Source: Eledone cirrhosa
Lineage: Eukaryota
Direction of reading: 5' to 3'
Assembly (NCBI GenBank): GCA_964016885.1
Contig: OZ024744.1
Span: 133,982,001-134,046,000 of the forward strand
DNA length: 64,000 nt
In this document: piece after piece, positions 11,786 to 24,900 of the stretch
Numbering within the stretch: position 1 is the stretch's first letter
Layout: each line of letters opens with the position of its first letter
Made by a program: the position numbers and the translations under genes
Notes under the pieces: model-generated
Database searches by the model: none
Seen by the model: the letters and a program-made list of their open reading frames with translations, nothing else
Told to the model about the DNA's origin: nothing

Positions 11786-14700
11786 AAGTTAAGTTAGGGT
11801 TCAGTTAAGTTGGGGTTAAGTTAAGTTGGGGTTGAGTTAAGTTGGGGTTGAGTTAAATTGGCGTTGAGTTAAGTTGGGGTTGAGTTAAGTTGGTGTTGAG
11901 TTAAGTTGGGGTTAAGTTAAGTTGGGGTTAAGTTAAGTTGCAGTTAAGTTAAGTTGAGGTTAAGTTAAGGTGGGGTTAAGTTAAGTCGGGGTTAAGTTAA
12001 GTTGTGGTTGAGTTAAGTTGGGGTTAATTTAAGTTGGGGCTAAGTTAATTTGTGGTTAAGTTAAGTTGGGGTTAAGTTAAGTTGGGGTTAAGTTAAGTTG
12101 GGGTTGAGTTAAGTTGGGGTTGAGTTAATTTGGGGTTAAGTTAAGTTGGGGTTAAGTTAAGTTGGGTTTAAGTTAAGTTGGGGTTAAATTAAGTTGGGTT
12201 TAAATTAAGGTGGGGTTAAGTTAAGTTGGGGGTAAGTTAAGTTGGGGGCAAGTTAAGTTGGGGTTAATTTAAGTTGGGGTTAAATTAAGTTGGGGTTACG
12301 TTAAGTTGGTGTTAAGTTAAGTTGGGGTTAATTTAAGTTGGGGTTAATTAAGTTGGGGTTAATTTAAGTTGGGGTTAAGTTAAGTTGGGGTTAATTTAAG
12401 TTGGGGTTGAGTTAAGTTGGGGTTCAGTTAAGTTGGGGATAAGTTAAGTTGGGGTTAAGTTAAGTTGGGGTTAAGTTAAGTTGGGGTTAAGTTAAGTTGG
12501 TGTTAAGTTAAGTTGGGGCTAAGTTAAGTTGGGGCTGAGTTAAGTTGGGGCTGAGTTATGTTGGGGTTAAGTTAAGTTGGGGTTAAGTTAAGTTGGGGTT
12601 AATTTAAGTTGGGGTTTATTTAAGTTGGGGTTACGTTAAGTTGGTGTTAAGTTAAGTTGGGGTTAATTTAAGTTGGGGTTAATTAAGTTGGGGTTAAGTT
12701 AAGTTGGGGTTAATTTAAGTTGGGGTTGAGTTAAGTTGGGGTTAAGTTAAGTTGGGGTTATATTAAGTTGGGGTTAAGTTAAGTTGGGGTTCAGTTAAGT
12801 TGGGTATAAGTTAAGTTGGGGTTAAGTTAAGTTGGGGTTAAGTTAAGTTGGGGTTAAGTTAAGTTGGTGTTAAGTTAAGTTGGGGCTAAGTTAAGTTGGG
12901 GCTGAGTTAAGTTGGGGCTGAGTTAAGTTGGGGTTAAGTTGGGGTCAAGTTAAGTTGGGGTTAAGTTGGGGTTAAGTTAAGTTAGGTTTAAGTTAAGTTG
13001 GGGTTAAGTTAAGTTGGGGTTAAGTTAAGTTGGGGTTAAGTTCATTTCTGGTTAAGTTAAGTTGGGGTAAAGTTAAGTTGGGGTTAAGTTAAGTCGGGGT
13101 TAAGTTAAGTTGGGGTTAAGTTAAGTTGGGGTTAATTTAAGTTGGGGTTAAGTTAAGTTGGGGTCAAGTTAAGTTGGGGTTAAGTTGGGGTTAAGTTAAG
13201 TTAGGTTTAAGTTAAGTTGGGGTTAAGTTAAGTTGGGGTTAAGTTAAGTTGGGGTTAAGTTAAGTTGGGGTTAAGTTAAGTTGGGGTTAAGTTAATTTGT
13301 GGTTAAGTTAAGTTGGGGTTAAGTTAAGTTGGGGTTAAGTTAAGTTGGGGTTAAGTTAAGTCGGGGTTAAGTTAAGTTGGGGTTAAGTTAAGTTGGGGTT
13401 AATTTAAGTTGGGGTTGAATTAAGTTGGGGTTAAGTTAAGTTGGGGTTAAAATAAGTTGGGGTTAAGTTAAGTTGGGGTTAAGTCAAGTTGGGGTTAAGT
13501 TAAGTTGGGGATAAGTTAAGTTGGGGATAATTTAAGTTGGGGTTAAGTTAAGTTGGGTTTAAGTTAAGTTGGGGTTAAGTTAAGTTGGGGTTAAGTTAAG
13601 TTGGGGTTAAGTTAAGTTGGGGTTAAGTTAAGTTGGGGTTAAGTTAAGTTGGGGCTAAGTTAAGTTGGGGCTGAGTTAAGTTGGGGTTAAGTTAAGTTGG
13701 GCTTAATTTAAGTCGGGGTTAAGTTAAGTTAGGGTTCAGTTAAGTTGGGGTTAAGTTAAGTTGGGGTTGAGTTAAGTTGGGGTTGAGTTAAATTGGGGTT
13801 GAGTTAAGTTGGGGTTGAGTTAAGTTGGTGTTGAATTAAGTTGGGGTTCAGTTAAGTTGGGGTTAAGTTAAGTTGCAGTTAAGTTAAGTTGAGGTTAAGT
13901 TAAGGTGCGGTTAAGTTAAGTTGGGGTTAAGTTAAGTTGGGGCTAAGTTAAGTTGGGGCTAAGTTAAGTTGGGGCTAAGTTAAGTTGGGGTTAAGTTAAG
14001 TTGGGGTTAAGTTAAGTTGGTTAGTTAAGTTGAGTTTAAGTTAAGTTGGGGTTAATTTGAGTTGGGGTTAAGTTATGTTGGGTTTAAGTTAAGTTGGGGT
14101 TAAGTTAAGTTGGGGTTAAGTTAAGTTGGGGTTAAGTTAAGTTGGGGTTAACCCCAACTTAACTTAACCCCAACTTCACTCAACCCCAACGTAACTCAAC
14201 CCCAACTTAACTTAACCCCAACTTCACTCAACCCCAACTTAACTTAACCCCAACTTCACTCAACCCCAACTTCCAACTTGACTTAACCCCAACTTAACTT
14301 AGCCCCAACTTAACTTAAGCCCTAAGTCGGGGTTAAGTTAAGTTGGCGTTAAGTTAAGTTAGGCTTAACTTAAGTTGGGGTTCAGTTAAGTTGGGGGTAA
14401 GTTAAGTTGGGGGTAAGTTAAGTTGGGGTTAAGTTAAGTTGCGGTTAAGTTGGGGTTAAGTTAAGTTAGGGTTAAGTTAAGTTGGGGTTGAGTTAAGTTG
14501 GGGTTAATTAAGTGGTGGTTATGTTAAGTTGGGGTTAAGTTAAGTTGGGGTTAATTTAAATTGGGGTTAAGTTAACTTTGTGGTTAAGTTAAGTTGGGGT
14601 TAAGTTAAGTTGGGGTTAAGTTGGGGTTGAGTTAAGTTGGGGTTGAGTGAAGTTGGGGTTAAGTTAAGTTAAGTTGGGGTTAAGTTAAGTCGGGGTTAAG

Positions 14701-16835
14701 TTAAGTTGTGGTTGATTTAAGTTGGGGTTAATTTAAGTTGGGGCTAAGTTAATTTGTGGTTAAGTTAAGTTGGGGTTAAGTTAAGTTGGGGATAAGTTAA
14801 GTTGGGGTTGAGTTAAGTTGGGGTTGAGTTAATTTGGGGTTAAGTTAAGTTGGGGTTAATTTAAGTTGGGTTTAAGTTAATTTGGGTTTAAATTAAGTTG
14901 GGGTTAAATTAAGTTGGGGTTAAGTTAAGTTGGGGGTAAGTTAAGTTAGGTTTAAGTTAAGTTGGGGTTAAGTTAAGTTGGGGTTACGTTAAGTTGGGGT
15001 TAAGTTAAGTTGGGGTTAAGTTAAGTTGGTGTTAAGTTAAGTTGGGGCTAAGTTAAGTTGGGGCTGAGTTAAGTTGGGGTTGAGTTAAGTTGGGGTTAAG
15101 TTAAGTTGGGGTTGAGTTAAGTTGGGGTTAAGTTAAGTTGGGGTCAAGTTAAGTTGGGGTTAAGTTGGGGTTAAGTTAAGTTAGGTTTAAGTTAAGTTGG
15201 GGTTAAGTTAAGTTGGGGTTAAGTTAAGTTGGGGTTAAGTTAATTTGTGGTTAAGTTAAGTTGGGGTTAAGTTAAGTTGGGGTTAAGTTAAGTTGGGGTT
15301 AAATTAAGTTGGGGTTAAGTTAAGTTGGGGTTAAGTTAAGTTGGGGTTAAGTTAAGTTGGGGATAAGTTAAGTTGGGGATAATTTAAGTTGGGGTTAAGT
15401 TAAGTTGGGTTTAAGTTAAGTTGGGGTTAAGTTAAGTTGGGGATAAGTTAGGTTGGGGTTAAGTTAAGTTGGGGTTAAGTTAAGTTGAGGCTAAGTTAAG
15501 TTGGGGCTGAGTTAAGTTGGGGTTAAGTTAAGTTGGGGTTAAGTTAAGTTGGGGTTAATTTAACTTGGGGTTAATTAAGTTGGGGTTAAGTTAAGTTGGG
15601 GTTAAGTTAAGATGGGGTTAATTTAAGTTGGGATTGAGTTAAGTTGGGGTTAAGTTAAGTTGGGGTTATATTAAGTTGGGGTTAAGTTAAGTTGGGGTTC
15701 AGTTAAGTTGGGGATAAGTTATGTTGGGGTTAAGTTAAGTTGGGGTTAAGTTAAGTTGGGGTTAAGTTAAGTTGGTGTTAAGTTAAGTTGGGGCTAAGTT
15801 AAGTTGGGGCTGAGTTAAGTTGGGGCTGAGTTAAGTTGGGGTTAAGTTAAGTTGGGGTTGAGTTAAGTTGGGGTTAAGTTAAGTTGGGGTCAAGTTAAGT
15901 CGGGGTTAAGTTGGGGTTAAGTTAAGTTAGGGTTAAGTTAAGTTGGGGTTAAGTTAAGTTGGGGTTAAGTTAAGTTGGGGTTAAGTTAAGTTGGGGTTAA
16001 GTTAAGTTGGGGTTAAGTTAATTTGTGGTTAAGTTAAGTTGGGGTTAAGTTAAGTTGGGGTTAAGTTAAGTTGGGGTTAAGTTAAGTCGGGGTTAAGTTA
16101 AGTTGGGGTTAAGTTAAGTTGGGGTTAATTTAAGTTGGGGTTAAGTTAAGTTGGGGTTAAGTTAAGTTGGGGTTAAGTTAAGATGGGGTTAAGTTAAGTT
16201 GGGGTTAAGTTAAGTTGAGGTTAAGTTAAGTTGGGGTTAAATTAAGTTGGGGTTAAGTTAAGTTGGGGTTAAGTTAAGTTGGGGTTAAGTTAAGTTGGGG
16301 ATAAGTTAAGTTGGGGATAATTTAAGTTGGGGTTAAGTTAAGTTGGGTTTAAGTTAAGTTGGGGTTAAGTTAAGTTGGGGTTAAGTTAAGTTGGGGTTAA
16401 GTTAAGTTGGGGTTAAGTTAAGTTGGGGCTAAGTTAAGTTGGGGCTGAGTTAAGTTGGGGTTAAGTTAAGTTGGGGTTAAGTTAAGTTGGGGTTAAGTTA
16501 AGTTGGGGTTTATTTAAGTTGGGGTTAAATTAAGTTGGGGTTCAGTTAAGTTGGGGTTAAGATAAGTTGGGGTTAAGATGGGGTTAAATTAAGTTGGGGT
16601 TAAGTTAAGTTGGGGTTAAGTTAAGTTGGGGTTAAGTTAAGTTGGGGTTAAGTTAAGTCGGGGTTAAGTTAAGTCGGGGTTAAGTTAAGTTAGGGTTCAG
16701 TTAAGTTGGGGTTAAGTTAAGTTGGGGTTGAGTTAAGTTGGGGTTGAGTTAAATTGGAGTTGAGTTAAGTTGGGGTTGAGTTAAGTTGGTTTTGAGTTAA
16801 GTTGGGGTTAAGTTAAGTTGGGGTTAAGTTAAGTT
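11786..16835 (+). repeat. Segmental duplication within array, copy B (partner 1-5050)
   Basis: Same markers as copy A. At least three single-base differences seen (near 1153/12938, 1667/13452, 2274/14059). Confidence 0.93.
14150..14322 (-). repeat. Inverted block of ~11 satellite monomers, copy 2
   Basis: Same sequence and junctions as 2365-2537, offset exactly 11,785 bp. Confidence 0.98.
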
Positions 16836-19800
16836 GGGGTTAAGTTAAGTTGAGGTTAAGTTAAGTTGGGGTTAAATTAAGTTGGGGTTAAGTTAAGTTG
16901 GGGTTAAGTTAAGTTGGGGTTAAGTTAAGTTAGGGATAAGTTAAGTTGGGGATAATTTAAGTTGGGGTTAAGTTAAGTTGGGTTTAAGTTAAGTTGGGGA
17001 TAAGTTAAGTTGGGGATAAGTTAAGTTGGGGTTAAGTTAAGTTGGGGTTAAGTTAAGTTGGGGTTAAGTTAAGTTGGGGCTAAGTTAAGTTGGGGCTGAG
17101 TTAAGTTGGGGTTAAGTTAAGTTGGGGTTAAGTTAAGTTGGGGTTTATTTAAGTTGGGGTTTATTTAAGTTGGGGTTACGTTAAATTGGTGTTAAGTTAA
17201 GTTGGGGTTAATTTAAGTTGGGGTTAATTAAGTTGGGGTTAAGTTAAGTTGGGGTTAAGTTAAGTTGGGGTTGAGTTAAGTTGGGGTTAAGTTAAGTTGG
17301 GGTTATATTAAGTTGGGGTTAAGTTAAGTTGGGGTTCAGTTAAGTTGGGGATAAGTTAAGTTGGGGTTAAGTTAAGTTGGGGTTAAGTTAAGTTGGGGTT
17401 AAGTTAAGTTGGTGTTAAGTTAAGTTGGGGCTAATTTAAGTTGGGGCTGAGTTAAGTTGGGGCTGAGTTAAGTTGGGGTTAAGTTAAGTTGGGGTCAAGT
17501 TAAGTTGGGGTTAAGTTGGGGTTAAGTTAAGTTAGGTTTAAGTTAAGTTGGGGTTAGGTTAAGTTGGGGTTAAGTTAAGTTCGGGTTAAATTAAGTTGGG
17601 GTAAAGTTAAGTTGGGGTTAAGTTAATTTGTGGTTAAGTTAAGTTGGGGTTAAGTTAAGTTGGTGTTAAGTTAAGTTGGGGTTAAGTTAAGTCGGGGTTA
17701 AGTTAAGTTGGGGTTAAGTTAAGTTGGGGTTAATTTAAGTTGGGGTTAAGTTAAGTTGGGGTCAAGTTAAGTTGGGGTTAAGTTGGGGTTAAGTTAAGTT
17801 AGGTTTAAGTTAAGTTGGGGTTAAGTTAAGTTGGGGTTAAGTTAAGTTGGGGTTAAGTTAAGTTGGGGTTAAGTTAAGTTGGGGTTAAGTTAATTTGTGG
17901 TTAAGTTATGTTGGGGTTAAGTTAAGTTGGGGTTAAGTTAAGTTGGGGTTAAGTTAAGTCGGGGTTAAGTTAAGTTGGGGTTAAGTTAAGTTGGGGTTAA
18001 TTTAAGTTGGGGTTAAGTTAAGTTGGGACTAAGTTAAGTTGGGACTGAGTTAAGTTGGGGTTAAGTTAAGTTGGGGTTAAGTTAAGTTGGGGTTAAGTTA
18101 AGTTGGAGTTTATTTAAGTTGGGGTTAAGTTAAGTTGGGGTTAAGTTAAGTCGGGGTTAAGTTAAGTCGGGGTTAAGTTAAGTTAGGGTTCAGTTAAGTT
18201 GGGGTTAAGTTAAGTTGGGGTTGAGTTAAGTTAGGGTTGAGTTAAATTGGGGTTGAGTTAAGTTGGGGTTGAGTTAAGTTGGTGTTGAGTTAAGTTGGGG
18301 TTAAGTTAAGTTGGGGTTAAGTTAATTTGTGGTTAAGTTAAGTTGGGGTTAAGTTAAGTTGGGGTTAAGTTAAGTTGGGGTTAAGTTAAGTCGGGGTTAA
18401 GTTAAGTTGGGGTTGAGTTAAGTTGGGGTTAATTTAAGTTGGGGTTAAGTTAAGTTGGGGTTAAGTTAAGTTGGGGTTAAGTTAAGTTGGGGTTAAGTTA
18501 AGTTGGGGTTAATTTAAGTTGAGGTTAAGTTAAGTTGGGGTTAAATTAAGTTGGGGTTAAGTTAAGTTGGGGTTAATTTAAGTTGGGGTTAAGTTAAGTT
18601 GGGGATAAGTTAAGTTGGGGATAATTTAAGTTGGGGTTAAGTTAAGTTGGGTTTAAGTTAAGTTGGGGTTAAGTTAAGTTGGGGATAAGTTAAGTTGGGG
18701 TTAAGTTAAGTTGGGGTTAAGTTAAGTTGGGGTTAAGTTAAGTTGGGGCTAAGTTAAGTTGGGGCTGAGTTAAGTTGGGGTTAAGTTAAGTTGGGGTTAA
18801 GTTAAGTTGGGGTTAATTTAAGTTGGGGTTTATTTAAGTTGGGGTTACGTTAAGTTGGTGTTAAGTTAAGTTGGGGTTAATTTAAGTTGGGGTTAATTAA
18901 GTTGGGGTTAAGTTAAGTTGGGGTTAAGTTAAGTTGGGGTTAATTTAAGTTGGGGTTGAGTTAAGTTGGGGTTAAGTTAAGTTGGGGTTATATTAAGTTG
19001 GGGTTAAGTTAAGTTGGGGTTCAGTTAAGTTGGTTATAAGTTAAGTTGGGGTTAAGTTAAGTTGGGGTTAAGTTAAGTTGGGGTTAAGTTAAGTTGGTGT
19101 TAAGTTAAGTTGGGGCTAAGTTAAGTTGGGGCTGAGTTAAGTTGGGGCTGAGTTAAGTTGGGGTTAAGTTAAGTTGGGGTCAAGTTAAGTTGGGGTTAAG
19201 TTGGGGTTAAGTTAATTTGTGGTTAAGTTAAGTTGTGGTTAAGTTGGGGTTAAGTTAAGTTAGGTTTAAGTTAAGTTGGGGTTAAGTTAAGTTGGGGTTA
19301 AGTTAATTTGTGGTTAAGTTAAGTTGGGGTTAAGTTGGGGTTAAGTTAAGTTAGGTTTAAGTTAAGTTGGGGTCAAGTTAAGTTGGGGTTAAGTTGGGGT
19401 TAAGTTAAGTTAGGTTTAAGTTAAGTTGGGGTTAAGTTAAGTTGGGGTTAAGTTAAGTTGGGGTTAAGTTAAGTTGGGGTTAAGTTAAGTTGGGGATAAG
19501 TTAAGTTGGGGATAATTTAAGTTGGGGTTAAGTTAAGTTGGGTTTAAGTTAAGTTGGGGTTAAGTTAAGTTGGGGTTAAGTTAAGTTGGGGTTAAGTTAA
19601 GTTGGGGTTAAGTTAAGTTGGGGTTAAGTTAAGTTGGGGCTAAGTTAAGTTGGGGCTGAGTTAAGTTGGGGTTAAGTTAAGTTGGGCTTAATTTAAGTCG
19701 GGGTTAAGTTAAGTTAGGGTTCAGTTAAGTTGGGGTTAAGTTAAGTTGGGGTTAAGTTAAGTTGGAGTTAAGTTAAGTCGGGGTTAAGTTAAGTTGGGGT

Positions 19801-21959
19801 TAAGTTAAGTTGGGGTTAAGTTAAGTCGGGGTTAAGTTAAGTTGGGGTTAAGTTAAGTTGGGGTTAATTTAAGTTGGGGTTAAGTTAAGTTGGGGTTAAG
19901 TTAAGTTGGGGTTAAGTTAAGATGGGGTTAATTTAAGTTGGGGTTAAGTTAAGTTGAGGTTAAGTTAAGTTGGGGTTAAATTAAGTTGGGGTTAAGTTAA
20001 GTTGGGGTTAAGTCAAGTTGGGGTTAAGTTAAGTTGGGGATAAGTTAAGTTGGGGATAATTTAAGTTGGGTTTAAGTTAAGTTGGGGTTAAGTTAAGTTG
20101 GGGTTAAGTTAAGTTGGGGTTAATTTAAGTTGGGGCTAAGTTAAGTTGGGACTGAGTTAAGTTGGGGTTAAGTTAAGTTGGGGTTAAGTTAAGTTGGGGT
20201 TAAGTTAAGTTGGAGTTTATTTAAGTTGGGGTTAAGTTAAGTTGGGGTTCAGTTAAGTTGGGGTTAAGTTAAGTTGGGGTTAAGATGGGGTTAAATTAAG
20301 TTGGGGTTAAGTTAAGTTGGGGTTAATTTAAGTTGGGGTTAAGTTAAGTTGGGGTTAAGTTAAGTTGGGGTTAAGTTAATTTGTGGTTAAGTTAAGTTGG
20401 GGTTAAGTTAAGTTGGGGTTAAGTTAAGTTGGGGTTAAGTTAAGTCGGGGTTAAGTTAAGTTGGGGTTGAGTTAAGTTGGGGTTAATTTAAGTTGGGGTT
20501 AAGTTAAGTTGGGGTTAAGTTAAGTTGGGGTTAAGTTAAGTTGGGGTTAAGTTAAGTTGGGGTTAAGTTAAGTTGAGGTTAAGTTAAGTTGGGGTTAAAT
20601 TAAGTTGGGGTTAAGTTAAGTTGGGGTTAAGTTAAGTTGGGGTTAAGTTAAGTTGGGGATAAGTTAAGTTGGGGATAATTTAAGTTGGGGTTAAGTTAAG
20701 TTGGGTTTAAGTTAAGTTGGGGTTAAGTTAAGTTGGGGATAAGTTAAGTTGGGGTTAAGTTAAGTTGGGGTTAAGTTAAGTTGGGGTTAAGTTAAGTTGG
20801 GGCTAAGTTAAGTTGGGGCTGAGTTAAGTTGGGGTTAAGTTAAGTTGGGGTTAAGTTAAGTTGGGGTTAATTTAAGTTGGGGTTTATTTAAGTTGGGGTT
20901 ACGTTAAGTTGGTGTTAAGTTAAGTTGGGGTTAATTTAAGTTGGGGTTAATTAAGTTGGGGTTAAGTTAAGTTGGGGTTAAGTTAAGTTGGGGTTAAGTT
21001 AAGTTGGGGTTAAGTTAAGTTGGGGTTAAGTTAAGTTGGGGTTAAGTTAAGTTGAGGTTAAGTTAAGTTGGGGTTAAATTAAGTTGGGGTTAAGTTAAGT
21101 TGGGGTTAAGTTAAGTTGGGGTTAAGTTAAGTTGGGGTTAAGTTAAGTTGGGGTTAAGTTAAGTTGAGGTTACGTTAAGTTGGGGTTAAATTAAGTTGGG
21201 GTTAAGTTAAGTTGGGGTTAAGTTAAGTTGGGGTTAAGTTAAGTTGGGGATAAGTTAAGTTGGGGATAATTTAAGTTGGGGTTAAGTTAAGTTGGGGTTA
21301 AATTAAGTTGGGGTTAAGTTAAGTTGGGGTTAAGTTAAGTTGGGGTTAAGTTAAGTTGGGGATAAGTTAAGTTGGGGATAATTTAAGTTGGGTTTAAGTT
21401 AAGTTGGGGTTAAGTTAAGTTGGGGTTAAGTTAAGTTGGGGTTAATTTAAGTTGGGGCTAAGTTAAGTTGGCACTGAGTTAAGTTGGGGTTAAGTTAAGT
21501 TGGGGTTAAGTTAAGTTGGGGTTAAGTTAAGTTGGAGTTTATTTAAGTTGGGGTTAAGTTAAGTTGGGGTTCAGTTAAGTTGGGGTTAAGTTAAGTTGGG
21601 GTTAAGATGGGGTTAAATTAAGTTGGGGTTAAGTTAAGTTGGGGTTAATTTAAGTTGGGGTTAAGTTAAGTTGGGGTTAAGTTAAGTCGGGGTTAAGTTA
21701 AGTCGGGGTTAAGTTAAGTTAGGGTTCAGTTAAGTTGGGGTTAAGTTAAGTTGGGGTTGAGTTAGGTTGGGGTTGAGTTAAATTGGGGTTGAGTTAAGTT
21801 GGGGTTGAGTTAAGTTGGTGTTGAGTTAAGTTGGGGTTAAGTTAAGTTGGGGTTAAGTTAATTTGTGGTTAAGTTAAGTTGGGGTTAAGTTAAGTTGGGG
21901 TTAAGTTAAGTTGGGGTTAAGTTAAGTCGGGGTTAAGTTAAGTTGGGGTTGAGTTAAGT

Positions 21960-24900
21960 TGGGGTTAATTTAAGTTGGGGTTAAGTTAAGTTGGGGTCAA
22001 GTTAAGTTGGGGTTAAGTTGGGGTTAAGTTAAGTTAGGTTTAAGTTAAGTTGGGGTTAAGTTAAGTTGGGGTTAAGTTAAGTTGGGGTTAAGTTAAGTTG
22101 GGGTTAAGTTAAGTTGGGGTTAAGTTAATTTGTGGTTAAGTTAAGTTGGGGTTAAGTTAAGTTGGGGTTAAGTTAAGTTGGGGTTAAGTTAAGTCGGGGT
22201 TAAGTTAAGTTGGGGTTAAGTTAAGTTGGGGTTAATTTAAGTTGGGGTTAAGTTAAGTTGGGGCTAAGTTAAGTTGGGACTGAGTTAAGTTGGGGTTAAG
22301 TTAAGTTGGGGTTAAGTTAAGTTGGGGTTAAGTTAAGTTGGAGTTTATTTAAGTTGGGGTTAAGTTAAGTTGGGGTTAAGTTAAGTCGGGGTTAAGTTAA
22401 GTCGGGGTTAAGTTAAGTTAGGGTTCAGTTAAGTTGGGGTTAAGTTAAGTTGGGGTTGAGTTAAGTTGGGGTTGAGTTAAATTGGGGTTGAGTTAAGTTG
22501 GGGTTGAGTTAAGTTGGTGTTGAGTTAAGTTGGGGTTAAGTTAAGTTGGGGTTAAGTTAATTTGTGGTTAAGTTAAGTTGGGGTTAAGTTAAGTTGGGGT
22601 TAAGTTAAGTCGGGGTTAAGTTAAGTTGGGGTTAAGTTAAGTTGGGGTTAATTTAAGTTGGGGTTAAGTTAAGTTGGGGTTAAGTTAAGTTGGGGTTAAG
22701 TTAAGATGGGGTTAATTTAAGTTGGGGTTAAGTTAAGTTGAGGTTAAGTTAAGTTGGGGTTAAATTAAGTTGGGGTTAAGTTAAGTTGGGGTTAAGTTAA
22801 GTTGGGGTTAAGTTAAGTTGGGGTTAAGTTAAGTTGGGGTTAATTTAAGTTGGGGCTAAGTTAAGTTGGGACTGAGTTAAGTTGGGGTTAAGTTAAGTTG
22901 GGGTTAAGTTAAGTTGGGGTTAAGTTAAGTTGGAGTTTATTTAAGTTGGGGTTAAGTTAAGTTGGGGTTCAGGTAAGTTGGGGTTAAGTTAAGTTGGGGT
23001 TAAGATGGGGTTAAATTAAGTTGGGGTTAAGTTAAGTTGGGGTTAATTTAAGTTGGGGTTAAGTTAAGTTGGGGTTAAGTTAAGTCGGGGTTAAGTTAAG
23101 TCGGGGTTAAGTTAAGTTAGGGTTCAGTTAAGTTGGGGTTAAGTTAAGTTGGGGTTGAGTTAGGTTGGGGTTGAGTTAAATTGGGGTTGAGTTAAGTTGG
23201 GGTTGAGTTAAGTTGGTGTTGAGTTAAGTTGGGGTTAAGTTAAGTTGGGGTTAAGTTAATTTGTGGTTAAGTTAAGTTGGGGTTAAGTTAAGTTGGGGTT
23301 AAGTTAAGTTGGGGTTAAGTTAAGTCGGGGTTAAGTTAAGTTGGGGTTGAGTTAAGTTGGGGTTAATTTAAGTTGGGGTTAAGTTAAGTTGGGGCTAAGT
23401 TAAGTTGGGGTTAAGTTAAGTTGGGGTTAAGTTAAGTTGGGGTTAAGTTAAGTTGAGGTTAAGTTAAGTTGGGGTTAAATTAAGTTGGGGTTAAGTTAAG
23501 TTGGGGTTAAGTTAAGTTGGGGCTAAGTTAAGTTGGGGCTGAGTTAAGTTGGGGTTAAGTTAAGTTGGGGTTAAGTTAAGTTGGGGTTAATTTAAGTTGG
23601 GGTTTATTTAAGTTGGGGTTACGTTAAGTTGGTGTTAAGTTAAGTTGGGGTTAATTTAAGTTGGGGTTAATTAAGTTGGGGTTAAGTTAAGTTGGGGTTA
23701 AGTTAAGTTGGGGTTAAGTTAAGTTGGGGTTAAGTTAAGTTGGGGTTAAGTTAAGTTGAGGTTAAGTTAAGTTGGGGTTAAATTAAGTTGGGGTTAAGTT
23801 AAGTTGGGGTTAAGTTAAGTTGGGGTTAAGTTAAGTTGGGGTTAAGTTAAGTTGGGGTTAAGTTAAGTTGAGGTTAAGTTAAGTTGGGGTTAAATTAAGT
23901 TGGGGTTAAGTTAAGTTGGGGTTAAGTTAAGTTGGGGTCAAGTTAAGTTGGGGATAAGTTAAGTTGGGGATAATTTAAGTTGGGGTTAAGTTAAGTTGGG
24001 GTTAAATTAAGTTGGGGTTAAGTTAAGTTGGGGTTAAGTTAAGTTGGGGTTAAGTTAAGTTGGGGATAAGTTAAGTTGGGGATAATTTAAGTTGGGTTTA
24101 AGTTAAGTTGGGGTTAAGTTAAGTTGGGGTTAAGTTAAGTTGGGGTTAATTTAAGTTGGGGCTAAGTTAAGTTGGGACTGAGTTAAGTTGGTGTTAAGTT
24201 AAGTTGGGGTTAAGTTAAGTTGGGGTTAAGTTAAGTTGGAGTTTATTTAAGTTGGGGTTAAGTTAAGTTGGGGTTCAGTTAAGTTGGGGTTAAGTTAAGT
24301 TGGGGTTAAGATGGGGTTAAATTAAGTTGGGGTTAAGTTAAGTTGGGGTTAATTTAAGTTGGGGTTAAGTTAAGTTGGGGTTAAGTTAAGTCGGGGTTAA
24401 GTTAAGTCGGGGTTAAGTTAAGTTAGGGTTCAGTTAAGTTGGGGTTAAGTTAAGTTGGGGTTGAGTTAGGTTGGGGTTGAGTTAAATTGGGGTTGAGTTA
24501 AGTTGGGGTTGAGTTAAGTTGGTGTTGAGTTAAGTTGGGGTTAAGTTAAGTTGGGGTTAAGTTAATTTGTGGTTAAGTTAAGTTGGGGTTAAGTTAAGTT
24601 GGGGTTAAGTTAAGTTAGGGTTAAGTTAAGTCGGGGTTAAGTTAAGTTGGGGTTGAGTTAAGTTGGGGTTAATTTAAGTTGGGGTTAAGTTAAGTTGGGG
24701 TCAAGTTAAGTTGGGGTTAAGTTGGGGTTAAGTTAAGTTAGGTTTAAGTTAAGTTGGGGTTAAGTTAAGTTGGGGTTAAGTTAAGTTGGGGTTAAGTTAA
24801 GTTGGGTTAAGTTAAGTTGGGGTTAAGTTAAGTTGGGGTTAATTTAAGTTGGGGTTAAGTTAAGTTGGGGTTAAGTTAAGTTGGGGTTAAGTTAAGATGG

